Assembly: GCA_029855935.1 (NCBI GenBank)
Contig: JAGSHN010000019.1
Location: 32,001-96,000 of the forward strand
From: Candidatus Thorarchaeota archaeon
GTDB taxonomy: Archaea > Asgardarchaeota > Thorarchaeia > Thorarchaeales > Thorarchaeaceae
Length of the DNA: 64,000 nt
Reading direction: 5' to 3'
The notes below the pieces were generated by a model. The model was not told the origin of the DNA, searched no databases, and worked only from the letters and a program-made list of their open reading frames with translations. A program made the position numbers and the translations under genes. Each line of letters begins with the position of its first letter. Within the stretch, counting starts at the first letter, position 1. Of this stretch, positions 37,110 through 46,292 are shown piece after piece.

Positions 37110-40100
37110 TCACTCCCGCAGCATCTCGGCAATCTGCTCCATGTAGCTCTTCTCGCGCCACCATCTGAGGTCACGCGCGCCAGTCGGGCATATAGCTGCA
37201 CAGGCGCCACAGCCTTGGCATCGCATCTCATCAGTGACGCTCTTCTTCACTCCGGGAGCCACCTCTATCATGCTGATTGCGTCATAGGGGCATATCTCGG
37301 AGTAGTGGCACAGGTCACAGCCGACACACAGTTCCTCGTCGACCACTGCCGTGAGCAGCTCTATGTCGACCTTTCCGAGAGTCAGCGGAACGACCGCCTG
37401 ACTCGCTGCGCCTCTTGCCTGATTCACCGAGTCAGAGACGTTCTTTGCATAGGTCACTCCGAGAAAGACTCCTGGGACGGTGGTCTCCACGGGCCTGAAC
37501 TTCATATGCATCTCTGCGAGGAACCCGTCCTGTCCTCTGTTGATACCAAGGGCCTTGACAAGGTCATTGACATCGTGTGGCGCCTCGAGTCCGAGAGCAA
37601 GGACGACCATATCAGACTTGATCTTGAATGTCTTCTGTGTGAGAGTGTCGTAGATGGTCACAATGGCGCCGTCGCCATCCGGGTCTCTATCAACAGTCAC
37701 AGGACGTTCTCGCACCCAGCGCAGATAGGTGATCCCCATCTGCCTGTTCCCGCGCCACATCTCCTCCATCTTGTTGCCGAACGGCCGTATGTGTTCCTTG
37801 TAGGCCGAGAAGATTCTGATGTCCGGGAACTTCTCCTTGAGTTCTCTCTGGAGCGTGATCACAGCCGAACAGCAGACGCGTGAGCAGTACCTATTGCCCT
37901 CTCCCGGGTTCTGTCTCGATCCGACGCAGTGAATGAAGACAGGGTTCTTGGGTGGAGTCTTCAACTCACCGTTACGTAGCCGCCGCTCCAGCTCCAGAGT
38001 CGTGATGACAGCCGGCACCTCGCCCCAGCCATATTCGCCCTGCTTCGGTTCGTACGTGTCAGTGCCAACGGTGATGACAACCGTGCCGACACGATAGGTT
38101 GTTCGTTCTCCAGTCTCGACGTTCTCGACAGTGATGTCATAGTTACCATAGCTGCCGTCACGTGCCACTGGCTTGGACTTGAACACGACCTCAATGCGTC
38201 TATTGCGCTCAATCCTACCGACAAGGTCCTCCACTATCTCACTTGCGGGCGTGAGGTCCGGGAAGAGGCGATACAGCTCGTTAAGGCGTCCGCCAAGTCT
38301 GTCGGTCTTCTCTACAAGGACGACATCGAATCCCTTCTTCGCAATGTCCAGTGCGGCAGTCATCCCCGAAACGCCGCCACCGATGACCATCACGCGTCGG
38401 GTGACCTCAACGGTCTTGACGGGGACTTCCTCGTTGTTGATGGCCTTGGCGACACCACTGCGGATCATATCCTGCGCCTTCTCCTGACGCACTTCCGGTG
38501 GCGCGTGAGCGTTGACTAGGGCCAACTGCTCCCGCAGGCCAACGGGGCCGACGAGGTAGTATCCCGATAGCCCTGCTCTCTCAAGGGCGCGTCTGAACGT
38601 CTGCTCGTGCTGGAGCGGCGAGCAGGAGCCGACGACGACCCGATTGAGCTTATGTTCCTTGATGGCCTCTGTTATCAGTTCTTGTCCTGGGTCACTGCAC
38701 ATGAAGAGATAGTCAGTACTGTATACCACATGCGGGAGGCTCTTCGCCCACTCAGCCAGCCCTGGCGAGTCGATGACATTACCGATGATGCCACCGCAGT
38801 GGCAGATGAACACGCCGACCCTTGGCTCATCGCCGACCTCTATGGGCTCGATATCAGGTGGAGGCGCTGGCTCCGGGAGCGGGAGAATTGAATTGGCCAC
38901 CATTGCCACACCCTTGCCCTCATTGACCGTGTCAGTGCCATCGCGTGGGCCATGGGCGCAGCCTGCGACGTAGATGCCGGGGCGTGTTGTCTCAAGGGCT
39001 GCAGTATTGGGGTGTCTCTCCTTTATCCATCCATTCTCATCAATCTCTATCTTTAGTAGCTTTGCAAGCTCCTCGTGACCCTGATTGGGACGGAAACTCG
39101 AGTTAAGCACAACCATCGAGATCTTCTCTAGCTCCTTTATCTCGCCAGTCTCCGTGTCCTCAATCTTGACGAAGAGGTCGTGCGTGTCTGGGTCCTCTGA
39201 GATCTCGGCGACGCGGCCTCGGATGAACTTGATGCCCTGATTGTGCTGGGAGTCCCAGAGGAACTCCTCAAGGGCCTTACCCGCCGTCCGCAGGTCCATG
39301 TAGGTGTAGATTATCTCACAGTGGTCCTCCGGATAGTGCATCCTTGTGACCTGTGCCAACTTCAGTCCAAAGGAGCAACACACTCTGTTGCAGTGCTGGC
39401 TGTATCCCTGAATCTCCCCTCGCACGTCTCTGCTGCCTACACAGTTGATGAACAGTATCCTCTCGGGCTCTCTGCCATCGGAGGGTCTCACCATGTGAGC
39501 ATCGGTGGGTCCTGTTGGATGCGACATTCTATCGTACTCAAGACTGGTGACGACATTGGGGAAGATGCCATACCCGTACTCCCCGTAGTCTAGGGGCTTG
39601 TATTCCTGGAACCCTGTGGCCACGATGATGGCGCCAACCTTCAGGTCGATGAGCTTGTCCTTGTCGTCGTAATTGATACAATCCTGTGGGCAGACGCCTG
39701 CACAGGTCCCACAGCCTATACATGCCTCCCTGTCGATTGTTGCAATGAGCGGGACCTGCTGTGGGAAGTTCATATAGATGGCCTTTCGCAATGACAGACC
39801 GTGATTGTACTCATCTGGTACCTCTACGGGGCACGCCCGGATGCACATCTGGCAACCAGTACACTTCTCCTCGTCGACGTATCGAGCCCTCTTTCTTATG
39901 GTGACGGTGAAATTACCCTTTGAGCCCCTGACTTTCTCCACAGTCGAGAGTGCGTAGATTGTGATGTTTGGATGCTTGCCCACGAATGATGTCAGCGGTG
40001 TCATCACGCAGGCCGAACACTCGAGTGCGGGAAAGATCTTGTAGATGGCAACGTAGTTTCCGCCGATGTTCACAGTCCTCTCTATCATGTGGACATGGTA

Positions 40101-40217
40101 TCCACTGTTCGCAAGGTCCAGGGCAGCATTGATGCCAGCCATTCCCCCGCCAATGACGAGGACATCCCTGGGTCTGCTGCCAGTCGAGTCGGGCCTCTCG
40201 GCTGATTGGCTCACCAT
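37110..40217 (-). CDS. hdrA: Internally duplicated HdrA (no MvhD)
   Basis: GGGMAG, KIFPALECSAC, ferredoxin, VGVFICHCG, second GGGVSG, CSRVCC, C-terminal ferredoxin. Confidence 0.92.
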   Translation of the reverse strand: MVSQSAERPDSTGSRPRDVLVIGGGMAGINAALDLANSGYHVHMIERTVNIGGNYVAIYKIFPALECSACVMTPLTSFVGKHPNITIYALSTVEKVRGSKGNFTVTIRKRARYVDEEKCTGCQMCIRACPVEVPDEYNHGLSLRKAIYMNFPQQVPLIATIDREACIGCGTCAGVCPQDCINYDDKDKLIDLKVGAIIVATGFQEYKPLDYGEYGYGIFPNVVTSLEYDRMSHPTGPTDAHMVRPSDGREPERILFINCVGSRDVRGEIQGYSQHCNRVCCSFGLKLAQVTRMHYPEDHCEIIYTYMDLRTAGKALEEFLWDSQHNQGIKFIRGRVAEISEDPDTHDLFVKIEDTETGEIKELEKISMVVLNSSFRPNQGHEELAKLLKIEIDENGWIKERHPNTAALETTRPGIYVAGCAHGPRDGTDTVNEGKGVAMVANSILPLPEPAPPPDIEPIEVGDEPRVGVFICHCGGIIGNVIDSPGLAEWAKSLPHVVYSTDYLFMCSDPGQELITEAIKEHKLNRVVVGSCSPLQHEQTFRRALERAGLSGYYLVGPVGLREQLALVNAHAPPEVRQEKAQDMIRSGVAKAINNEEVPVKTVEVTRRVMVIGGGVSGMTAALDIAKKGFDVVLVEKTDRLGGRLNELYRLFPDLTPASEIVEDLVGRIERNRRIEVVFKSKPVARDGSYGNYDITVENVETGERTTYRVGTVVITVGTDTYEPKQGEYGWGEVPAVITTLELERRLRNGELKTPPKNPVFIHCVGSRQNPGEGNRYCSRVCCSAVITLQRELKEKFPDIRIFSAYKEHIRPFGNKMEEMWRGNRQMGITYLRWVRERPVTVDRDPDGDGAIVTIYDTLTQKTFKIKSDMVVLALGLEAPHDVNDLVKALGINRGQDGFLAEMHMKFRPVETTVPGVFLGVTYAKNVSDSVNQARGAASQAVVPLTLGKVDIELLTAVVDEELCVGCDLCHYSEICPYDAISMIEVAPGVKKSVTDEMRCQGCGACAAICPTGARDLRWWREKSYMEQIAEMLRE

Positions 40218-40364
40218 TTGACCTCTGCTCCAAGTCTCGGCTGTAGTGTCGTGTTGAACGGGCTCGGCGATATAACGATTGTGTCATGACAGTCATCCCC
40301 GCCCGTGCTCGACCCTCCGCCGTCACATATCAATGTATAAAACGGGTGACAGACAGAGAGGGAG

Positions 40365-40700
40365 GTGGTGTCCCTTGTGGCTGAGGATGAGAATAAAGAG
40401 TCAGCAGACTCTGAGCGCATTCGCAAGTCCCTGTCGCAGATTGTCGAGCAGCTCGAGCCCGCACCCGGCTCAAGTGGCGGGTGGGGCAGAGTACTATCCG
40501 AGCATCGTGCTCAGTGGGAGGAGTTGAAGAAGCAGATTCACGAGCGTCAGTCCTCGCTGAAGGCCCTTGTCCGCCGCAAGAGGGCCGGAGAGATCACTCC
40601 CGAGGAATTTGAGGCACAGTACCAACAGATACAGGACGAGCTGACAGAGCTCGAGTTCAGAGTCTACAATCTCCGACTTGGCACCGATGTCCGTCCGTGA
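40365..40700 (+). CDS. Small coiled-coil protein with SHOCT-like motif
   Basis: Heptad E/Q/K-rich helices; RAGEITPEEFEAQY; SD GGAGG. Confidence 0.65.
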   Translation: MVSLVAEDENKESADSERIRKSLSQIVEQLEPAPGSSGGWGRVLSEHRAQWEELKKQIHERQSSLKALVRRKRAGEITPEEFEAQYQQIQDELTELEFRVYNLRLGTDVRP

Positions 40701-40734
40701 CCCTGACAACACAGGGCGTGGGCGCGGGTGCAGA

Positions 40735-41775
40735 CTACTCCTCCTGTGCTCGGCGTACGATTATCACACCCTCTATCACAGCGACCACGGCCAGCACCAC
40801 CGATAGAGCGCCGAGGGCAATTGTGATTGTCCGCTCCGAGAGGCCATTGGTCTCCTGCGAAGTCAGCGCATTAATCAACACGCCCAGATTGTACGACATC
40901 AGCGTCACATAGTCTGCAGTGCCAGTGAATACGGCTCTCCACCAGACTACAGGGGCTCCTGTGTCACTTGAGAGCTGCTCAGCAAACTGTCCAGCAGTCT
41001 GCAGATCTCCTACGTCCGAACCGAGAATCAGGTCAATGCTGCCGTTCTGAAGACCCTGCTGAATATCGAGGAGCCTTGGTCCGGATATGAAGACGTTCTC
41101 TCCCTCCTGCAGCACCGCCTCGACAGTGACTCCGAAGGCCTCCGCGATATACGCCTCTGCTGGGAAGATGACCACCGCACGAAGTTCTGAGAGGTGATGC
41201 TCATCACTCATCTCGCCTATGAAGGACGTGAGATGGGCAACGCTACGGACAAAGTTGTCAAAGTTCAGGCGATAGTAGTCCGCGTCTGCAGGGTCCATGT
41301 CCGACAGCGCAGCCAGTGTGGCGTTTGCAATGGCTATCGCATTGTCTGGCAGCAGCCAGTAGCCGTGCGGGTTCAGCTCCTGACTGTCACTGCGTCCCGG
41401 GAATACTGACAGGGCGGCTCCTCTCTCCTCATAGTCCTCAATGGACACGTAGGGTGTCCCCGTCTGCGAGACTATGTCCTGTTCCCACGGGAAGTGTCCC
41501 GTCAGAACGAGCAGGTCCGCACTGTTCGCCTTCTCGACAATCTGCGGCGTTGCCGTGAAGGAGTGCGGCTCGACTCCCTCTGGGAGCATCACCTCAACAT
41601 CCACGATGTCTCCACCGACCTCGCTGACAATCGAGCCCAGAGGGGTTATCGCGACCGCCACTTGGACTTGGGCATCTCCAGAGGTCTGTGCCCGCACTGG
41701 TGGCATCGTCATCGTGATCATTCCGAGCAGCAACAGCAGAACGACCCCAATGACTACCGTCTGCACGCGACGCAT
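40735..41775 (-). CDS. Metal ABC transporter substrate-binding protein (ZnuA/TroA family), C-terminal TM anchor
   Basis: GVEPHSF, NPHGYW.LP.N, DP...YY..N; signal peptide; ATG 41775 behind GGTGA. Confidence 0.88.
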   Translation of the reverse strand: MRRVQTVVIGVVLLLLLGMITMTMPPVRAQTSGDAQVQVAVAITPLGSIVSEVGGDIVDVEVMLPEGVEPHSFTATPQIVEKANSADLLVLTGHFPWEQDIVSQTGTPYVSIEDYEERGAALSVFPGRSDSQELNPHGYWLLPDNAIAIANATLAALSDMDPADADYYRLNFDNFVRSVAHLTSFIGEMSDEHHLSELRAVVIFPAEAYIAEAFGVTVEAVLQEGENVFISGPRLLDIQQGLQNGSIDLILGSDVGDLQTAGQFAEQLSSDTGAPVVWWRAVFTGTADYVTLMSYNLGVLINALTSQETNGLSERTITIALGALSVVLAVVAVIEGVIIVRRAQEE

Positions 41776-41805
41776 ATCACCCACCTTTCGTTCTCGCATC
41801 GTAAG

Positions 41806-41867
41806 TGTTATTAACAGCTGTGTACGAGATTATTAACGTTAATAGAACGTGTGTTGTGAGTTATTAA
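41806..41867. promoter_or_regulatory. Divergent promoter with repeated TATTAA palindromes (putative NikR operator)
   Basis: TGTTATTAACA 41806-41816, TATTAACGTTAATA 41831-41844, GTTATTAA 41860-41867. Confidence 0.6.
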
Positions 41868-41917
41868 GACTTTCGAAGGGCCCCACGCTGAGGGGTGACC
41901 GATCGGAGGTGTCATGA

Positions 41918-42313
41918 GTGCCGATTGTTGCTGTCTCAATGCCGGAGTCTGACCTCAGGGAGCTTGAGAGGCTTCGAGAGCGAGGAGGCTTCTCCAGCAG
42001 ATCGGAGGTCGTGAGACGAGCCCTCCAGGTTCTCAATGCCGAGCACAGGCGCCTTGATGAGTTGGCAGGCCAGGTGACCGTGATTGTGGCAGTGACGTAC
42101 TCCGTCAAGGGGCGCTCAGCCACATGCGACAGGGTCCAGCACGAGCACACTCGGCTGCTCAATGCGGTGATTCACTCGCATACCTGTGATGGGGCATGTA
42201 TGGATGTGATGGTCGCCACTGGGGAGTCGGAAGAGATTCGCTCGTTCGTCAACAATCTACGTACACAGAGAGACGTCGCACAGATCTTCGTGAATATTGT
42301 GGAGGAGGGCTGA
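41918..42313 (+). CDS. nikR: NikR-family ribbon-helix-helix regulator
   Basis: RHH GFSSRSEVVRRAL; metal site QHEH..IHSH....C. Confidence 0.8.
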   Translation: MPIVAVSMPESDLRELERLRERGGFSSRSEVVRRALQVLNAEHRRLDELAGQVTVIVAVTYSVKGRSATCDRVQHEHTRLLNAVIHSHTCDGACMDVMVATGESEEIRSFVNNLRTQRDVAQIFVNIVEEG

Positions 42314-42318
42314 TAGAG

Positions 42319-43122
42319 ATGTCAGAGACGCTGCTTGAGGCTCATGGTCTTACGGTACGTTATCCGGAGGGAGAGGTGGCACTGAAGGATGTGACCTTCT
42401 CGGTCGAGACCCCATCCTTTATGGCCATCATTGGGCCGAACGGCTCCGGCAAGAGCACCCTCCTCAAGACTGCGCTGGGACTGCTCCGGCCAATCTCGGG
42501 CTCAATTCGACTGCTCGGTCACGACTCGACTCGCGAGAGTGCTGCAATACGCAGGCTCGTACGATATGTGCCGCAGCGTGACCGCATAGAGCTCACAGTG
42601 CCCATCAAGGTGAAGGACATAGTACTGATGGGCAGGCTGTTGAAGAAGAGGCCTCCTCGCATAGCATCTCGCACCGACAAGAGAATTGCACACGAGGCGC
42701 TGCAGCGGGTCAATATGGACGAGTTCTGGGACCATCCGTTCAACGAGCTGTCGGGCGGTCAGCGACAGCGCGTGCTGGTTGCTCGTGCGCTCGCAGCGGA
42801 GGGTCCTGTGTTGATGCTGGACGAGCCTCTTGCAGGCACCGATGCTGAGAGTCAGAGGCTGATCGTGCAGGTCCTCGGCGAGTATCATACTGAGAATGAT
42901 GTCAACATCATCATGGTCACTCACGACCTGAACCCAATCCACAGCTACGTCGACAACGTGCTTCTACTCCGACGTACGGTCATCGGTCTTGGAAAGCCCT
43001 GTGATGTGATGGATCCCGCACTGCTCACTCAGGTCTACGGGCATAGCGCAAGGGTCGTCGAGTATGCCGGTCACAGGTACTGCGTGACAAGAGACACGGG
43101 GGTTGATCGTCATCATGATTGA
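42319..43122 (+). CDS. Metal ABC transporter ATP-binding protein
   Basis: GPNGSGKST, YVPQR, LSGGQRQR, LDEP, C-terminal H.YC..HH. Confidence 0.92.
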   Translation: MSETLLEAHGLTVRYPEGEVALKDVTFSVETPSFMAIIGPNGSGKSTLLKTALGLLRPISGSIRLLGHDSTRESAAIRRLVRYVPQRDRIELTVPIKVKDIVLMGRLLKKRPPRIASRTDKRIAHEALQRVNMDEFWDHPFNELSGGQRQRVLVARALAAEGPVLMLDEPLAGTDAESQRLIVQVLGEYHTENDVNIIMVTHDLNPIHSYVDNVLLLRRTVIGLGKPCDVMDPALLTQVYGHSARVVEYAGHRYCVTRDTGVDRHHD

Positions 43123-44089
43123 GGGTCTACTATCGCTACTCTCCTCTCCCATTGTGTCGCGTGCCATCATTGGCGCGCTTCTCATTGCAGTGGTCGCATC
43201 CACCAGTGGCACGCTGCTCGTGTTTCGTGGGCTATCCTTTATGACATCGGGAGTTGCGCATGCAGCACTGGGTGGCGCTGCTCTAGGGCTGTATCTGCAG
43301 TACACCGGAATCGCACCGTGGTTCGACCCGATCCTCGGCGCTCTGCTCTTCAGCACTCTTGTGGCGATGATAACAGGCTACGCAGGAGAGACTGGAATCT
43401 CTCAGAAGATGGAGGTCGCGGTTGGTGTCTCCTTTGCTCTCTCCATGAGTATCGCTGTCTTTCTGATGTACTATATCCCACCCACTCAGGTGCCACAGAT
43501 ATGGGGCTACTTGATAGGGGACATCCTACTGTTGGACAATCTTGACCTTGTCCTGCTGGGCGGTACTGCGGTCCTCCTGGTTCTGCTCTTCATAGTGTTT
43601 CACAAGGAGTTCATCTACGTCAGCGTTGACATGGAGGGCTCCATTGCGCACGGTCTGAGTGCACGGGCGTACCACTATCTGATGTTGATCACGTCATCAT
43701 TGGCAATCGCTCTTGCGACAAAGGCTGTGGGGGCCATCCTCGTCTATGCCATAATGGTAGCTCCCGCTGCTGCATCAAACGAGGTGGTCCGCTCTGTGCG
43801 CGGCGTCGTCGTGTCAGTGTTCATCATCGCTGTGCTGTCCGAGCTGGCGGGCCTGGCCGCGTCGTTCACCGTCAATGCCTCACCCAGCGCGATTGCAGGT
43901 ATAATCGCAGCGATGTCCTACGTTGTGGCGATGCACATCAAGAAAGTCCGCGAGCACGCGAACTCCGATCTTGATGAGTTGGAGCTCGCTGTTCCGGGCC
44001 ACGAGTATGGCCACGGCGGAGAGATGGGCGAACGAGATAGCAGTGGTGGGGATGAGAGCACAAGGGTGGTCTCGGAGGAGCCTGTCTGA
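43115..44089 (+). CDS. Metal ABC transporter permease (ZnuB family)
   Basis: GVAHAALGG, YL.GDIL, KAVGAILV..MVAPAA. Confidence 0.92.
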   Translation: MIEGLLSLLSSPIVSRAIIGALLIAVVASTSGTLLVFRGLSFMTSGVAHAALGGAALGLYLQYTGIAPWFDPILGALLFSTLVAMITGYAGETGISQKMEVAVGVSFALSMSIAVFLMYYIPPTQVPQIWGYLIGDILLLDNLDLVLLGGTAVLLVLLFIVFHKEFIYVSVDMEGSIAHGLSARAYHYLMLITSSLAIALATKAVGAILVYAIMVAPAAASNEVVRSVRGVVVSVFIIAVLSELAGLAASFTVNASPSAIAGIIAAMSYVVAMHIKKVREHANSDLDELELAVPGHEYGHGGEMGERDSSGGDESTRVVSEEPV

Positions 44090-44166
44090 CGCCATCTGTT
44101 CGGCCGCTTGTCGGTATCTTTAAGTAAGGTGTCCCTGTCGGACGCACGAAGGTCGGTGAGACTACA

Positions 44167-44565
44167 GTGAGCCAAGACATGCCTGACAAGAGGGAACTGA
44201 TGCGTTCGAACATCATCACCCTCATCTTGACGATCATCCTGCTGGTGCTTGTCATCCTTCTCTGGATGTGGTCCTCTCCTGACATCGTCGATACGACTCT
44301 TGTCGGTGCGCTCAACAACATCAATCCATATGTGACCTTTGTAATCGAGGTCCTCCTCCTGTTCGGAGTGTTCGTCTTTGCCACAGTGACTGTCGTCAAT
44401 CTCCGACTCCAGCTGACCGATGTCAGGGCTGGCTGGACCGAGGTTGTCGTGATGCTGATAGCGATTGCCATCGTCAGCTATCTCGCCTTTGGGGTCAATG
44501 CGATGGGTGCCACTCTGATCCTGTCGCTGGGCTTCGTTGGCTATCTGTATCTGCTGCAGGAGTGA
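44167..44565 (+). CDS. Hypothetical 4-TM membrane protein
   Basis: Four hydrophobic segments; TATA-like CTTTAAG upstream. Confidence 0.7.
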   Translation: MSQDMPDKRELMRSNIITLILTIILLVLVILLWMWSSPDIVDTTLVGALNNINPYVTFVIEVLLLFGVFVFATVTVVNLRLQLTDVRAGWTEVVVMLIAIAIVSYLAFGVNAMGATLILSLGFVGYLYLLQE

Positions 44566-44632
44566 GAGTGCTTGGTAGTCGTTGTGCAGCGGCACACTCT
44601 CCGTGTCTGCAGTGACGATGGTGCATAGGAAA

Positions 44633-44811
44633 CCTTATTTGGTCAGCCCAGAGTTGGGGCAATCAGACCTGAGAGGCAAAAGAGCCGGGGGCTCTCATAC
44701 CCACCACAGATATCAGTCCTCGACGCGCGTCCAGAACTGTCAGGTTCGCCCATACTGATGAGAGGTTCTGACTCTCGGCGGACGTGATGAAGACCACCTG
44801 GAGGATTCAGC
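44633..44811 (+). promoter_or_regulatory. psmA-exosome operon promoter and long structured 5' leader
   Basis: TATA-like CCTTATTT 44633-44640; stem GTTCGCC(44744-50)/GGCGGAC(44777-83) enclosing GAGAG/CTCTC hairpin; SD GGAGG. Confidence 0.45.
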
Positions 44812-45570
44812 GTGTTTGGAATAAGCGGCGCAGGCTATGACATGAGCACAAGCATATTCAGTCCAGACGGACGGATATTTGCTGCAGAATACGCAAAGCG
44901 TGCAGTGGAACAGGGTGCAACGTCGATTGGCATCCTCACCGACAGCGGTATCGTCTTGCTTGCCGAGAAGAAGCTGATGCCACTCCAGGAGCCGGACAGC
45001 ATCGAGAAGATTGCCAAGATTGACACTCACATAGGTGTTGCTACTTCTGGACTGATGGCCGATGCACGGAGATTGGTCCAGGAGGCACGGATAAAGGCCC
45101 AGTCCTACTGGCTCACCTATGAGGAGCCTATCCCATGCGAGGCGCTTGCGGACCACATCTGTGACATAAAGGCGCAGTTCACTCAGCGTGGGGGCGCCCG
45201 CCCCTACGGTGTCGCGATGATAATAGGCTCTGTAGACTCGGATGGCTCTCCGCAACTGTATGTCACGGACCCCGTTGGTACATCCTGGGGGTTCTTCGCG
45301 GCGGTCATCGGCCGCGGCAGTTCGAAGGCGGGTGAGTATCTTGAGAAGCACTATAGTCGCAAGATGTCACTCGATGAGGCCATTCTGATGGCGATAAGGG
45401 CCCTTCGAGCCACAGGCGAGACTGATCTCGTGCCCGAGAACGTCGAGATTGCAGTGATTCCCGTCGAGACGCGTGAGTTCCGTCGTCTGTCGATCGAGGA
45501 GGTCGCGGACTATCTGAACAAGACGCAGAATCAGAGTGAGCAACAGCAACAGGAGCGAGAAGAGAGTTGA
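44812..45570 (+). CDS. psmA: Proteasome alpha subunit
   Basis: GYD..SIFSPDGR...EYA, SIEKI, GLMADAR, RPYGV, DP.G. Confidence 0.96.
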   Translation: MFGISGAGYDMSTSIFSPDGRIFAAEYAKRAVEQGATSIGILTDSGIVLLAEKKLMPLQEPDSIEKIAKIDTHIGVATSGLMADARRLVQEARIKAQSYWLTYEEPIPCEALADHICDIKAQFTQRGGARPYGVAMIIGSVDSDGSPQLYVTDPVGTSWGFFAAVIGRGSSKAGEYLEKHYSRKMSLDEAILMAIRALRATGETDLVPENVEIAVIPVETREFRRLSIEEVADYLNKTQNQSEQQQQEREES

Positions 45571-46292
45571 TGGGCTCTGGTAGGAAGACTGGCGAGAAAT
45601 GGTTAAAGCTTGATGCAGTCATTGTGGGACTCCACAAGGATGAGGATCGCTATGAGATCTTTGTGGACCCGGACTTGGCGTTCAGATACAGACGTGGTGA
45701 GGACATTCCCATCGAGTCTATCCTGAAGAGCTACGACCTATACGAGGATGCCCGGCGAGGCATGCGGGCGTCCGAGGAGCGTGCCAAGGAGTTCTTTGGC
45801 ACAGACGACATCTTCGAGATAGCTGCGCAGATTCTGAAGCGTGGTGAGTTCAAGCTCACTCTTGAGCAGCGCAATCAGCTGATTGCCGAGAAGAGGGACG
45901 CAATCATCGAGCACATAGCGAAGCGGGCGGTCAACCCTCAGACGGGGCACCCACATCCTCCTGACAGAATACGACAGGCGATGCAAGAGGCCAAGGTCAA
46001 GATTGACCCGTTTCTGAGCGTGGAGGAGCAGGTTCCTGCTGTGGTCAAGGCTCTGCGAGCGATTATTCCCATATCGTTCGAGAGCGTCAAGCTCCGCATC
46101 ACGATCCCCGCGACGTACTCGGGGAAGGGCTACAATATGGTGGCAAAGGCCGGACTCATCAAGCAGGAGACGTGGAATCCGGATGGCTCATGGACCGGTC
46201 TTGTCGAGATTCCGGCCTCTCACAGGCAGCAGCTCTACGATGAGCTGAACCGTCTGACAAAGGGGCAGGTACAGATTGAGTTGGTGAAGTGA
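45567..46292 (+). CDS. Ribosome maturation factor SBDS/Sdo1
   Basis: YEIFVDPDLA, FFGTDD, NPQT..PHPPDRI; canonical synteny. Confidence 0.93.
   Translation: MMGSGRKTGEKWLKLDAVIVGLHKDEDRYEIFVDPDLAFRYRRGEDIPIESILKSYDLYEDARRGMRASEERAKEFFGTDDIFEIAAQILKRGEFKLTLEQRNQLIAEKRDAIIEHIAKRAVNPQTGHPHPPDRIRQAMQEAKVKIDPFLSVEEQVPAVVKALRAIIPISFESVKLRITIPATYSGKGYNMVAKAGLIKQETWNPDGSWTGLVEIPASHRQQLYDELNRLTKGQVQIELVK

Noticed and set aside
31604-40217. Selenocysteine recoding in HdrA/MvhD, known in some Asgard archaea and methanogens
   Set aside because: Both HdrA ORFs and the MvhD domain are uninterrupted, with Cys at all candidate positions; no in-frame UGA.
44756-44802. Canonical C/D box guide sRNA
   Set aside because: Only about 6 nt between the box C-like and D'-like words and no terminal CUGA; kept only as a leader candidate.
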